Source of the DNA: Phoronis australis
Lineage: Eukaryota; Animalia; Phoronida
Length of the DNA: 64,000 bases
Assembly (NCBI GenBank): GCA_002633005.1
Contig: NMRA01000143.1
Coordinates: 67,402 to 131,401 of the forward strand
Direction of reading: 5' to 3'
Positions 14,000 to 27,193 of the stretch are shown here, piece by piece. The first letter of the stretch is position 1; every line of letters starts with the position of its first letter. Under the pieces are notes generated by a model, which worked only from the letters and a program-made list of their open reading frames with translations, ran no database searches and was not told where the DNA came from. Position numbers and translations under genes: made by a program.

Positions 14000-14646
14000 C
14001 ACGGAGTTGAACTCACGACCTGTCCGCCAGAGTGCGTGCTTAACTACTGCACCACCACGCCACTAAGAGACTATAGTTGTTCATGGTTCACGGCGTTTGC
14101 GCGCGAACCTGCTTCTTTCCGTAAAGCTTATTACACTCTTTATATTTTGTGCAACCAGTTTGTAGCAAAAGTTGTGTTTATAATAGTTTTCAGCTACGCA
14201 AAATACCAAATCCGTTTTTCGTTTTGGCATTAACCACGCGATTGCTTTGTAAATCGTCTTAATTTTAATATTTGACAAAGAGAGAATTATTAGTTTTTGA
14301 GTGAATCAATAAGGCTTCGATTAAAATTCACATCTTACCAGCAGCTTCTGTTTCTTCATCGTCACTCAGATTCAATTTTTTTTGAAAAAATAAAATAATG
14401 TTCAGACGACGGAAACCGAGTGGTAGTGCGCAGCGCCACCGCCGGTCTCCTGGGATATCACGCACATATCGACCGGGAGCGCCATTACCTAGTCATAGTC
14501 CGTTACCATTGCGCCGGGGGTCTGAATCGGACACTTGAAATGGGGTCTGAGCCCTCCCCCCTCCCTCACACACACTAAAACTAAAACTGCACACATTGTT
14601 AAATTTTGTTTCGGCCCCCTGTCCCTCCCCCCTAAATCCGCTTATG
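14000..14646 (-). mobile_element. Second copy of the MITE family with tRNA-like boxes
   Basis: Reverse complement of 14090-14220 aligns with 2810-2945. A box TGGTGCAGTAG (14054-14044), B box GAGTTCAACTCC (14014-14003). Terminal CATAAGCGGATTTAGG at 14646-14631. Confidence 0.55.
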
Positions 14647-17600
14647 GGGTACGCAACTGGTTTTAATATATAGAAAATGTTATAATACTATTACAAAAAA
14701 AAATAAAAAACAAAATTGAATGTTTTTATTACTTACTTCGAATCAAGTTCTATTACTGAAAAGGTATTCTGAAACATAGTAATCGTAGATCGGTAGAAAT
14801 GCAAGAACTTTGGACACTCATTCAAACATGTATATGAACCACGGCAAATAACATGTCTGAGGGCACCTGAAGGGGGTACATGGTGTATGAATGTGATTTA
14901 TGAACTTAGACTGGTAATATTGTTGATTTGTAATATTGTGTTTGATGATAAGTGATTAAAAATACAAAAGTAAAACATATTTTGTTAGTTAAGGGAAAAT
15001 AGTATAACAGCAATTTCGAAAGTAGAATCTGTTTCTACGTTTTTAATTCAGTGTTAAAGGGAAAAGATACTGATAATTAGCGAACCATTTTTACAAAAAA
15101 ACGAATTTGTAACTTCTGTAAACAACCTGCGTGTCACCTACCTGCAAATTATATCAGTTCAGAGGGCAAATTCGCTAACATCTGCACCTAACGCTGACGA
15201 GAAGGAAAATGCTCTGAACTCGAGGACATCGCCTGATCGTAGGAGAATGACGAACGGGCGAAATCTCCATGATTCAAGGTAAAATTTTATCCATTTAACT
15301 TTTAGAATCACGACACTGTCAAGGCACGATTAGATAACCCAATAAACGGCGTTATGTTTTAGGGTTCAGGGTTTCAATTTCCTTCTGATAACTAGAGACA
15401 TGCATGAAGAGAAACATGATAACGCAGAGCAATAGTCCAGTACACCCAACGTTACTGCCAAATAGTTCGCCTGGCTCAAATGATCTGACTTGATTGTTTA
15501 TCAAATTAATAAAATAACGAACAATTGATAAAGTGTATTACGATAGGAGGGTTCACTGGTGAGTTCGCTCTTATCGCTACTACTAGCGCTCCCTAGTAGC
15601 GAAAAAGCAATGATCACGTACGAAGCGTCGGAACAATGGGCAAGGGCGCCTTTCTAGCGCAATAAATTGTAAAAATCTCACTGTCTATTACACTTTGATA
15701 TTGACTGAATCACACATTTTCATTCTCACTTTATTTTTAATGAATGTGAATTTACGTATTTTATCCATTTTTAATCACGCAATTATTTCATTGCACGTCG
15801 AAAGTCATTAATTAATTAACCTTTGAAAGCCCCTTGTTGTAATATTGCAACACCACTTTTGATAATCTATAATTAACCCCCAAACCATCTTCCACTCCTG
15901 TTATTGATTGTGTACCCTCCAAGGCCATTGTTGCACTAATGCTACAGTGTGAGGGACCTCTCTTGAGAAACGAGCTAACTATTTGAATTAGAAATTCAAG
16001 ATGTCTGCCGCCATGTTGTAAGCTGTCCTGTGAGTAAAAGGTAAAGAAATTCTGTACTCAGTCCAGGTAATTTTATTATTGCAGTATAATGGATTCAAAC
16101 CATTAAATATTATGTTATTTACTGGTGTAAACCTTATTTTGAATAATGTTCTATTATCTAAGTGTGCTTGTCTTGAAAAGCCATGTTGTATAATTGCAAC
16201 ACTGGGCTCTGTCATCACCATGCCAAGACTTGTGCTTGGTCTTCTGTCTGACCTGAGGTAGGGTTAAGCCTAGTTAATGCTAAATGTTTTTAGTAAACGG
16301 TCAGCAGTTTGTTTTTTCTTTTGAACAATATATCTTTTCTTCTAAACAATATTCTAAGTTTGACTTGTTAGATTTTAATTTTTGTGTAAATAAAATCAGT
16401 GGCCCATAGAAGCTACCAAAAGAGATCTTTGAACACTTTATTACAGGAATTGTATGCGAACTACTAAACATTACTAGTATATTTTACTATTATAACAAAC
16501 TTACATGTAGTATCTGAAATTTAGCAGAAGGAAAGTAGGAAGTTTTTGCTGATAATTAGAGTAATTATCATATAAAAAGTGTTTCATCTCATTGTCAGAA
16601 TAAATATTGATTAAGTAATTAGCGAGAATAGATCCATTTTAAGTTGACCAAAATTTGTGCATATGTACTTTTAAATCATGGGGTCAGACTTGTTGACATG
16701 TACTTTAATGTCAAAATCTATTTTAAATGGTGTTTACAACTTTGAGTTCTGGGGTCAAAGTACTCTAGCAATTCTAGAAAATTCTGAGAACAAACTGTAA
16801 CAGCCAATGATATGATTGGATATGATCATGTGGTTTTTATCACCCAATCACTAAATAAGTAGAATATTATGATATGAGCTTAAGTCAACAAGATATTTAG
16901 ATGCGTATAGTAGTTGAAGCATAAAGACTTGCTACAGTGTACAGAGGAAATTGTACGACAGAGCCATCTCGTGGAAGATTCTAGAAAGGATCTTGGCAAG
17001 GGCAAGGGTTAACGAACAGGAAGTTAACTAAGAGCTTGTCACTTGCATATAGAGGGTAGTAAGATACTACCTGAAGCGTTGCGTCACCAGCCAGAGACTG
17101 TGACCAGCAAGAAGAATCGCGGGTAAGTGTTGCATCACCAGAGACGGTGACCAGCAAGTACCCTGTCGCTATACAGTGTGTGTAGTTCGAAGATTCACCA
17201 ACAGGACAGTCATCCAACAAGTGGAGAGTCCTAGCTTGGAAAGCAGATAAGACATTTGATTATTTTGGTTGATTGATTAAAGTATTCTTTAAAGAGGGCT
17301 CTAGCGTAGTTACTCTTGTTTGTAGTTGATTACTTAATTAACAATAGCTTTCACTTGTCTAATTAGGGGTTATCATATAATAAATTAAATACTGGGTTTG
17401 ATTATTCACTCTCCATCTGCCCACAATCTCAAAGCATAGCTGCCTTTTAAACAAACCCACCGTCAATTGCCTGACACTCATGTTGTTTTGTAGTGATTTT
17501 CACAAATAAATGTATAGATAAACATGGGACATTTGCTACTATCAACTCCCACTGTTGCAAATATTGCAACATTGTACAAAACGAGGACATTGAGTGCAAA

Positions 17601-20600
17601 TTTTCTTTTAACGCTTTTCTCACCATTTAGTGACCTAACTTCAAGTGTTATTGAGCTCAAACAATTTTTAAGTACATTTTCGAACATCTGGGCTTTCTTA
17701 AGTGCTTGAATTCATATTGCATGTTTGAGATGTCTCGACTCAGGTCAGTTTTATGCCCCGGGTACTTTTCAACGGTATTAAAATACTTCGGACTCGCTCA
17801 CACCACGTTGTGAGTGTAAAAAGTTACTGAGAGACTGGATCAGAAACACATTATAGGTGTCATAAAAAATACACATTGTTAAATCACTTTTAGCCTGTTT
17901 CACATATTTTAATTCAGATCTTAAGTAAGACTTGGGTAAAAAGATTATTAGTTATTATGCTCTACAATTTCACACATAATTAAATAATTACTATATCCAG
18001 AAAGCAAGGATGTATATAAAAAGTATTGTAAAAAACTGCGTCTTTATTTTTCATTCGTAGCCATAAAAATCCTTTAAAAGCATCACTTGCCTGCAAAATA
18101 TGCAAGTTATTTGAGACAACTTCAAAGCTTTGTTACCCGTTTTCAAGCCTTTTTATGTTTAATACTTTCATCAAATTTAAACTCCGATTACAGGTCCATG
18201 GGTGTGTCAAACATACTTCTAGTCTAAGGCTGAGGAGACAGTTTTTACAGACTTTTTAATTTTTTTCTTTGAAGACTTGGGTCATTTGAAAATGATGGAT
18301 AATCTTTCTGTTGTTTAAGAGTAATTACGGTACCATCAAAAATGCAATTTTCACAAAATATGGTAGTCATTTGAATTTATAAACGACTTGCAACATTTCA
18401 AGGCATGAGTTAAGACAATTCAGTCATTGAGAATTCAGAAAATGTAATATAATTTTATGGGTTTACAATTGATAGCAAAACAATTTTATGAAGTAAATTT
18501 GAATGAAGTTCATGAAGGTTAAGAATTACCTCACCATGCTTTTTCCCCCAGACACGATTACCTGTTATTTCCACACATTCTGTTGCACTAAATTTTACAA
18601 CTCCAACCCCCTGTGCCAACCCCCCTCTCCGCTAAGGACCTGAATAAGTAAATTAGCAAAACGACTTACATACCTTTCTTTAAAAATAGCTGTCCCTTTT
18701 CAAAGGCTTTGTTCGTTGTCTCCGATATAGAAAATAGCCTTTGACAACAACTCTGCACTGGATGGGAAGATCTTGTTGGTTAGCTGCAGTCAACTGCTTA
18801 AAACCAATTTTTGTCCATTCAGGGACGGTGCATATCCACTCTGCACGGTACATGCCCTCAAACCTAAAAACCAAAGGTCATTTGAGTGAAAACAGATATG
18901 ACAGATTTCCATTTCAACGTGTAATAGATTTCCGGAAGACATAGGATAGGGAGTATACAAATAGTCTAATGCCAATGGATNCACATTGTTAAATTTTGTT
19001 TCGGCCCCCTGTCCCTCCCCCCTAAATCCGCTTATGGGGTACTCAACTGGTTTTAATATATAGAAAATGTTATAATACTATTACAAAAAAATTTAAAAAC
19101 AAAATTGAATGTTTTTATTAATTACTTCGAATCAAGTTCTATTACTGAAAAGGTATTCTGAAACATAGTAAACGTAGATCGGTAGAAATGCAAGAACTTT
19201 GGACACTCATTCAAACATGTATATGAACCACGGCAAATAACATGTCTGAGGGCACCTGAAGGGGGTACATGGTGTATGAATGTGATTTATGAACTTGGAC
19301 TGGTAATATTGTTGATTTGTAATATTGTGTTTGATGATAACTGATTAAAAATACAAAAGTAAAACATATTTTGTAAGTTCAGGGAAAATAGTATAACACA
19401 GCATTTTCGAAAGTAGAATCTGTTTCTACGTTTTTAATTCAGTGTTAAAGGGAAAAGACACTGATAATTAGCACACCATTTTTACAAAAAAACGAATTTG
19501 TAACTTCTGTAAACTACCTGCGTGTCACCTACCTGCAAATTATATCAGTTCAGAGGGCAAATTCGCTAACATCTGCACCTAATGCTGACGAGAAGGAAAA
19601 TGCTCTGAACTCGAGGACATCGCCCGATTGTATGAGAATGACGAACGTGCGAAATCTCCATGATTCAAGGTAAAATTTTATCCATTTATCTTTTATAATC
19701 ACGACACTGTCAAGACACGATTAGATAACCCAATAAACGGCGTTATGTTTTAGGGTTCAGGGTTTCAATTTCCTTCTGATATCTAGAGACATGCAAGAAG
19801 AGAAACATGATAACGCAGAGCAATAGTCCAATACACCCAACGTTACTGCCAAATAGTTCACCTGGCTCAAATGATCTGACTTGATTGCTTATCAAATTAA
19901 TAAAATAACGAACAATTGATAAAGTGTAGTACGATAGGAGGGTTCACTGGTGAGTTCGCACTTATCGCTACTACTAGCGCTCCCTAGTAGCGAAAAAGCG
20001 ATGACCACGTACGAAGCGTCGGAACAATGGGCAAGGGCGCCTTTGCAGCGCAATAAATTGTAAAAATCTCACTGTCTATTACGCTTTGATATTGACTAAA
20101 TCACACATTTTCATTCTCACTTTATTTTTAATGAATGTGAATTTACGTATTTCATCCATTTTTAATCACGCAATAATTTTATTGCACGTCAAAAGTCATT
20201 AATTAATTAACCTTGGAAAGCCCCTTGTTGTAATATTACAACACAACTTTGATAATCTATAATTAACCCCCAAATCATTTCCACTCCTGTTATTGATTGT
20301 GTACCCTCCAAGGCCCATTGTTGCACTAATGCTACAGTGTGAGGGACCTCTCTTGAGAAACGAGCTAACTATTTGAATTGGAAATTCAAGATGTCTGCCG
20401 CCATGTTGTAAGCTGTCCTGTGAGGAAAAGGCAAAGACATTCTGTACTCAGTCCAGGTAATTTTATTATTGCAGTATAATGGATTCAAACCATTAAATAT
20501 TATGTTATTTACTGGTGTAAACCTTATGTTGAATAATGTTCTGTTATCTAAGCGTACGTGTCCTGAAAAGTCGTGTTGCGTAATTGCAACACTGGGTTCT

Positions 20601-21761
20601 GTCATCACCATGCCAACACTTGTGCATACTCTTCTGTCTGACTCTAGGTGGGGTTAATGCTCAATTAATGCTAAATGTTTTTAGTAAACGGTCAGCAGTT
20701 TGTTTTTTTCTTTTAAACAATATATCTTTTCTTCTAAACAATATTTTTAAGTTTGATTACTATATCCAGAAAGCAAGGGTGTATATAATGAGTATTGTAA
20801 AAAACTGCGTCTTTGTTTTTCATTCGTAGCCATAACAATTCTTTAAAAGCATCACTTGCCTGCAAAGTATGCAAGTTATTTGAGACAACTTCAAACCTTT
20901 GTTACCCGTTTTCAAGCCTTTTTATGTTTAATACTTTCATCAAATTTAAACTCCGATTACAGATCCATGGGTGTGTCAAACATACTTCCGGTCTAAGGAT
21001 GAGGAGACAGTTTTTTCAGACTTTTTAATTTTTTTCTAATAGAAGATATGGAGACTTGGGTCATTTGAAAATGATGGATAATCTTTCTGTTGTTTAAGAG
21101 TAATTACGGGACCATCAAAAATGCAATTTTCACAAAATATGGTAGTCATTTGAATTAATGAACGACTTGCAACATTTCAAGGCACGAGCTAAGACAATTC
21201 AGTCATTGTGAATTCAGAAAATGTAATATGATTTTATGGGTTTACAATTGATAGCAAAACAATTTTATGAAGTAAATTTGAATGAAGTTCATGAAGGTTA
21301 AGAATTACCTCACCATGCTCTTTCCCCCAGACACTATTACCTGTTATTTTCACACAATCTGTTGCACTAAATTTTACAACTCCAACCCCCTGTGCCAACC
21401 CCCCCCCCCTCCGCTAAGGACCTGAATAAGTAAATTAGCAAAACGACTTACATACCTTTCTTTAAAATAGCTGTCCCTTTTCAAAGGCTTTGTTCGTTGT
21501 CTCCGGTATAGAAAATAGCCTTTGACAACAAATCTGCACTGGATGGGAAGATCTTGTTGGTTAGCTGCAGTCAACTGCTTAAAACCAATTTTTGTCCATT
21601 CAGGGACGGTGCATATCCACTCTGCACGGTACATGCCCTCAAACCTAAAAACCAAAGGTCATTTGAGTGAAAACAGATATGACAGATTTCCATTTCAACG
21701 TGTAATAGATTTCCGGAAGACATAGGATAGGGAGTATACAAATAGTCTAATGCCAATGGAT
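14592..21761. repeat. Tandem duplication 14592-18980 / 18982-21761 (probable haplotype artefact)
   Basis: Both copies start CACATTGTTAAATTTTG and end GCCAATGGAT, and are joined at a single N (18981). They differ by scattered substitutions and a ~1.6-kb segment (~16364-17986) present only in copy 1. Confidence 0.9.
16593..17476. mobile_element. Solo LTR (Gypsy/BEL type), copy 2
   Basis: TGTCAGA...CCTGACA termini; exact 5-bp TSD CTCAT (16588-16592, 17477-17481); colinear with 6309-7206. Confidence 0.85.
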
Positions 21762-23414
21762 GTTTGTCACGTACCCTTTGCCATTGGGCTTGGATTGTAA
21801 TCTTAAGTTAACCAATAGGCCTATCGAGTTGACAGCAAAAACTTTCAGCATTGATTGATGTAACTGTCACTGATAAACCTGTAAGAAATCATTCCAAACA
21901 TTAATGATACTGCTTTGATGTACGAAAAGACCCCGAGTGCAACGTCAAGTATCGTAACACAACAAACAAAGATTAACCCGACTGGCGACTGCCGTGAAGT
22001 CGACATCGGCGAGTACCTCAGTTAACAGGCATCAGTAGAACAAACATGGAATAATCGTTAAAATAATCACAAATCTTACCTTTGTATAAGGTCGTGCTTT
22101 CTTCCTCCCATAGAAGAACCCTTTTCACTAATCTCAGATTCAGTTGGCACGGATGCAAGCCATTTCACCATGTATTTAAAGGGCTCGCGAAATCGAGGCT
22201 GCTTAATCTATCACCACTAGTACACGCGCGCCCTCTAGTTAATGTAAATTTTCTGAATAGTCCCATTAATTACGCTTGCATGCCGAATACTCACACTGTG
22301 TTTTTTCTTTCTTGCAGATAACCGTTTGTTTGGTTTTACTTTTTCAACGCTTTTTCAGTACCTCTTTTATAACGCATATTCGGACACTTTTTTCATCGCC
22401 CGTAACTCTGACGACTGTCCTTTGCCAATGCTGCACCGAGTATAGTGTGTTGTGCAAACGGCCTCTCCAGTTATATTCTTCAATTCCTCCCTGTAGCCAG
22501 ACGCGGCTAAAGATATGTTCTTTGATAAAATAATTAACAAAGGTACATAATAATTAGAAATGCCGGGCTCAACATAGACCCTTGACGTGTCCCAATGGCG
22601 TTATCAAATAATTCAGACAGGCCTCCATCTGTTTTCACGCAAGGTCTCAGTTACTGTGCATACTTTTCAAAATCGTCAGATAATTGTCATGTAAACCTAA
22701 TTCTTGTAACCTGTGCCATATCAACTTTTGTGAAATATTATCGAAAGCACGGAAGAAATCAACAAAAAGAGCACAAAATTGTCCCCTTCTTTTTGAAATG
22801 TATTTCTGCACCATACCTTGTAAAGTAAAGTTTTGATCCTATAAACCTTCCTGAATCGAGCTGGAGATTCATAGAACAAATTGTTTTCAGTTGCCCAAAT
22901 GGTAAGGCAATTGCTTATGGTTTTAGTAATTATTTTTTCAACTGCAGACATCAACGCAACACAGCAATAGTTGCCTAGGACATTAATTGAACCCTGTTTA
23001 AATAATGGGCAGATTACAGCATCGCATCATACCCGTCGGTAATCACCAGGAGTCAATATCTTACTAAGTATTAGAATCAGCACAGTCTTGCTGCTGGAGT
23101 ATTTCATTTTATTTGCTGGTTTAAAAGTGGAGTTATCGACCGGTGCACTGTAGACAGGCTGCGGCAAAGCATTCATTGGTTCAGCCGTGGCGTAAACCAG
23201 TGGTACACTGTAGACAGGCTCCCACTCAATATTCACCAAAAAAGCACCTTTGCAATCAAATACATTACCGCGCCACTCGCTTCCTGTCCGTTCAGTACAC
23301 CCTCTTGTTTCATTTTGAGTTCAGTTTCTCTCTCACAAATTTGAAGTAGCTCTTTATGTACGATGAATTGTTTTTCTTTCATGGCTACTTCTTCCCGAAT
23401 TTCTAAAACTGTCT

Positions 23415-24750
23415 GCTCTACTCTGAGTATCTACAACATACCCCTGACCACCGTGGAATTGATGGAGAGGAAAGTCCTTGAGGAAATGGTTGGGAGTACC
23501 ATCAAGCTTTACGAGTGGGGGTTTATACAGCAAGCCAGCAGCAGTCGTCTTACCTACAAGGTCGCTGGTAGAGGAGTTCAAGGTGGGGAAAGCTAGAGCC
23601 TGGATGACGTTAGGGAATCTAAGGATAGCTTGCTGAGAAGTGCCTGAGTTAAGATCACGGCAGGTACAAAGTGGGAAGCAGCAGCGGCTGTGGCAGAGGC
23701 TGAGAGCAGACTGTGGCACAAGGATATAGTCGGAACAGTGTGCGTGGGTAGACAAGGGCTAGGCTTTGTACCAACTAAGAGGTGGAAGACAACAAAAGAA
23801 AAGGAACGTAGGGATATGGTGCTTCAGGAGATACGCATTGCTGAAGAAGAGAGGAGAGGTGCTATAGCGGTGGGCTTAAGGAAGCAGGGAGAATGGACGA
23901 CGTGGGATGGCTGTTTGAGAAAGAAGATCACTCCAAAGGATCTTTTGTCATCACAAAGTCAGAGACTCAGCTTTGTGCTTAGAGCAGTGTACGATCAACT
24001 TCCCACGCCGAGGAGCTTGAGTCTGTGGGGGGAATCTGAAGATGATAGATTTGATAGGTGTAGGGAACCAGGAACTTTACAGCACATACTATCAGCGTGC
24101 AAAGCAGCACTAGCAGAGGGAAAGTATACTTGGCGGCATAACCAAGTGCTGAAGTCCTTGTCACATATCCTGGACATCGATAGGAGAGCAGGGGAAAAGA
24201 TTAGCAGTGGAGGAGGAAATCCCCACCAGAGTTTATTTCATAAATCAAGCGACTGGAAGATGACGGTAGATCTGGGAAGTCGAGCAGTTTTCCCAACACA
24301 AAACCAGTGACAGCTATGAAGCCTGATATACATGTAGTTTTATGGTCGGACAGCCTAAAAGAATTGGCCATAATAGGGTTAACAGTGCCGTGGGAGACAA
24401 GGATCGATGAAGCCAACGAGAGGAAGACAATGAAGTATCAAGGTCTGTTACATGATTCCACAGACAATGGGTGGAAGTGGTACAACATCCCAGTTGAAGT
24501 TGGTTGTAGAGGATTTACCACTAAGAGCTTATGGAGAATGGCAAAGATTTTGGGGCTTATTAAGACATCACGGAAGGAGCTGTTTAAGACCTGTTCAGCA
24601 GCAGGAGAAGCAGCTTCAGCATACATCTGAGGTAATGATCCACCTTAGGGGGCCCGGGTTTTGGAGGTCGTACTGGAGCAGGGCCGAAACAACCAATGAC
24701 GATTTCTAACCAGCTGAAGACGAGCGACGGTCAGCAGCAACGACACCGCT
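23415..24750 (+). mobile_element. 5'-truncated, frameshifted HERO-type non-LTR retrotransposon (post-RT region, zinc knuckle, restriction-like endonuclease)
   Basis: Across frames: RKWLGVP..LYSK..LPTRSLVEEFKVGKAR, AVAEAESRLWHKDIVG..GRQGLG, LRAVYDQLPTP, damaged CCHC knuckle (F-DR-C..GTLQHILSAC), YTWRHNQVL, KPDI..VLWS, AIIGLTVPWE (PD..ELTVPWE-like, E>G), PVEVGCRGF. Confidence 0.88.
24666..24725 (+). ncRNA. Putative rearranged (non-circularly permuted) hammerhead ribozyme in the HERO 3' UTR
   Basis: GGTCGT-A-CTGG (24666-24676) ... GGGCC-GAA-ACAACC (24681-24694) ... CCAG-CTGAAGA (24710-24720). Stem III 5/6 bp, stem I 4/4 bp, GUA cleavage triplet; stem II degenerate. Confidence 0.5.
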
Positions 24751-26869
24751 GTTTAAATGTAAGTAAGTTTTTGAGACACTAAGGTTTAGCCATCAGTTTT
24801 GCTTTCTTAATCGTCGTTTTTGCTTGTGAAACAGACGACATACCAGTCACACTTTCAGCATTGAGAGAATTGCTAAGCATGTCACAGAATGTCTTCAGAT
24901 TTCTTAGGACTGGGCGTGTATATTTTATTTGTATCCGGATTACCTCCGCTTAATTCCGTTCTTGCTATTCGAAGTGGAGTGAGGTTTCGATATTACAAAT
25001 GTAGCTGCCACGGGCATCACAGAGAGTGATATTTACGCGAACAGAAAAATTCAAATATTAAATTACATAATTTTTCTTCTGAGTTCGTTAGAACCTGGTA
25101 CTGTATTCTGGTTCAATTAAAGTGGCTTAGAGCGTGAAAAATAGTATAATATAAGAAAGTAAACGTTACTCGTCTTGTATAAACCTGTATCATGTCATGG
25201 CGTACAAGTTTTTTGTAGGTTTTGTAAATATACTGAGTTTAAGATGAGTTAGGAGTATTTTTCTTTAGGTTTGAAAGTTGACCAAAAAGACACGCCTTCG
25301 TGCTCGCCAAGTCCGACATTATAGTCCCAAAATGCATTGCGGTGTTTTAGTTGGAAATTGCCTGATGACCTCAGAGAGGTAAAAGGTCGCCGAAAGCAAA
25401 ACAGTGATGGCTGATTTCGAAAGCACGTCGACGCCTCGATTGGCTCAAAGAAGTCCAATTTCTGAAGTAAGTTATCGATTTATGTTCATTTCTAACGGAA
25501 AACGTTTAGTGAGTGAAAATAGTCTGGCTCATCATAGACTATTTTTTTCTATAATCTATGGTCAAAATGAACACTAACATTTTGCTAAAAGCACTTCAAC
25601 GCATCGTGACTGTACGTATGATTTATAACTACAGTGTATCTCGGTTTGATTGTTACTACATGGCGACTGCGTCGTCACCGTTAAGTAAGTAACGGAGTAG
25701 TGCAAGTTCAATTAGCTAAATCCTCGGCTGTTTGTGGTGGGAAGAAAATTTAAGCTGAACTCCTCTGAAAACCTTCGTTGGGACTTCTTGTTTACAGATT
25801 CAAAAATTCCCCATAATTTCTTACTCTGGTTTTTTTTTTTAATTCTGGGGCCAAAGTACATGAAGTCGATGTAGGGTTCAAATGGCATGTTTACATTGAC
25901 CAACTGCAATGAGTTCGCCTACTTTTTTATTACATTAAATCAATATCATAGTAATCACACTGTTATTTACTGTAATTCTAACCAATTACAAGGTGCTTCA
26001 CTGTCAAGGCTTTGTAGCACTGGCAAAACATAGAACAGACATTACCTTGTATACTTTGTTTGAATGGACTTATGAGCATACAGTCAAGATAAATAAAGTG
26101 CTTAACTCGAAGCAGTGTTCAGTTTACCATTGCACCAAAAACCTATTAGAATCGATCAGTGACGACCTACGCACACCTAAAACGTGACAAGAGCTTAGAC
26201 CAACAGACTGGAGCTGAGGCCTCGCTAATGGAATGATGTCACAAACGGAATTTCGCCACACATTACCAGTCTTGTTTGCTTTGGTTTGGAAATTACATCC
26301 AATGTTAGGCATGGCTATTGATGACCTTCGATATAAAATTTGATAGGTCTGTTTGTTTCCATAGGGTATGTGGGAGAGCCAGGAGAACAAGGAGAGGTGT
26401 AAGTGTAAGAAGGGATAGAGGAAGGAAAGGAAGGTCAGTCGCTACAGCTACAACTGGTCCAACCTCAGTGACCCCAGCTCAACGTGGTCTGCAAGCTTAT
26501 GTATCTCGTCAAGCTGACGTACATGTACAGGTACTTCATGATGAATACTAAACATGTGAAAAAACAACTCAAAAACTCAAGTTCAGAGAAGCATTTATAA
26601 CTTGTAAATATATAAGACATCCTATACTTTATAATCTAAGTCATGTTATATCTTGAAAAAATTAGGAGACATTATATTTTACGCAGATTTTCATGTGGTT
26701 ATCATTTGTCTAATGATGCAAAATAAGATGTGACATCAACCATTGAATATTATTCCGGTTTGTTCTAGTATTGAGATAAGCTTGTAGCTAAGTGAATTAT
26801 AAGAATACAAGATGTTATAAATATCTCCTTTCTGTAATTGGTGAAAAATCTCCTAATCTTCAGAGAAGA

Positions 26870-27193
26870 ATAAATGCAATGACCAAATGAGCAAGTGCGT
26901 CACCTTTCGGAGAAGGTGGTAGAAAGGCAGTGTTGAGCCTTTAACAGAAGAGGAAATCCGAACATCGCTGACATTCTTTGCAAGACACGTTGATAAATTT
27001 TGAAATGGAAGGGAGGGTGTCATAAAAACAATGATTTTTCTATCGTCCACAGCTGAGTGCACCAGCTGCATCATGAATCTTGTGGACACCATGGAAACCT
27101 ATGTACAACGTGTCATCATAATCCTCTCCACCAAACTCTTCATCTCCAAATCCGACATCGCTAATATCCACATCATCAAGGATACTTTCTGGA
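26870..27193 (-). pseudogene. Decayed exon of a Kolobok-type transposase (tentative)
   Basis: After acceptor CTGTTGCAG an acidic stretch (SILDDVDISDVGFGDEEF) is followed in another frame by DDRKIIVFMT..TCLAKNV...VKGSTL. This resembles the K(F/Y)IVFxxxL..C..C...G(S/T)xL segment I associate with THAP-linked Kolobok transposases. Recognised by eye only. Confidence 0.4.

Noticed and set aside
6309-17476. A single full-length LTR retrotransposon between the two LTRs
   Set aside because: Each LTR has its own TSD, the interior has no gag/pol, and the RT at 10.8-11.4 kb is LINE-type.
21765-21959. Short solo LTR (TGTCACG...CGTAACA)
   Set aside because: No TSD and no second copy.
25362-25400. Hammerhead CTGATGA-CCTC/GAGG
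   Set aside because: The stem is followed by TAAA rather than GAAA, and no stems I or III are found.
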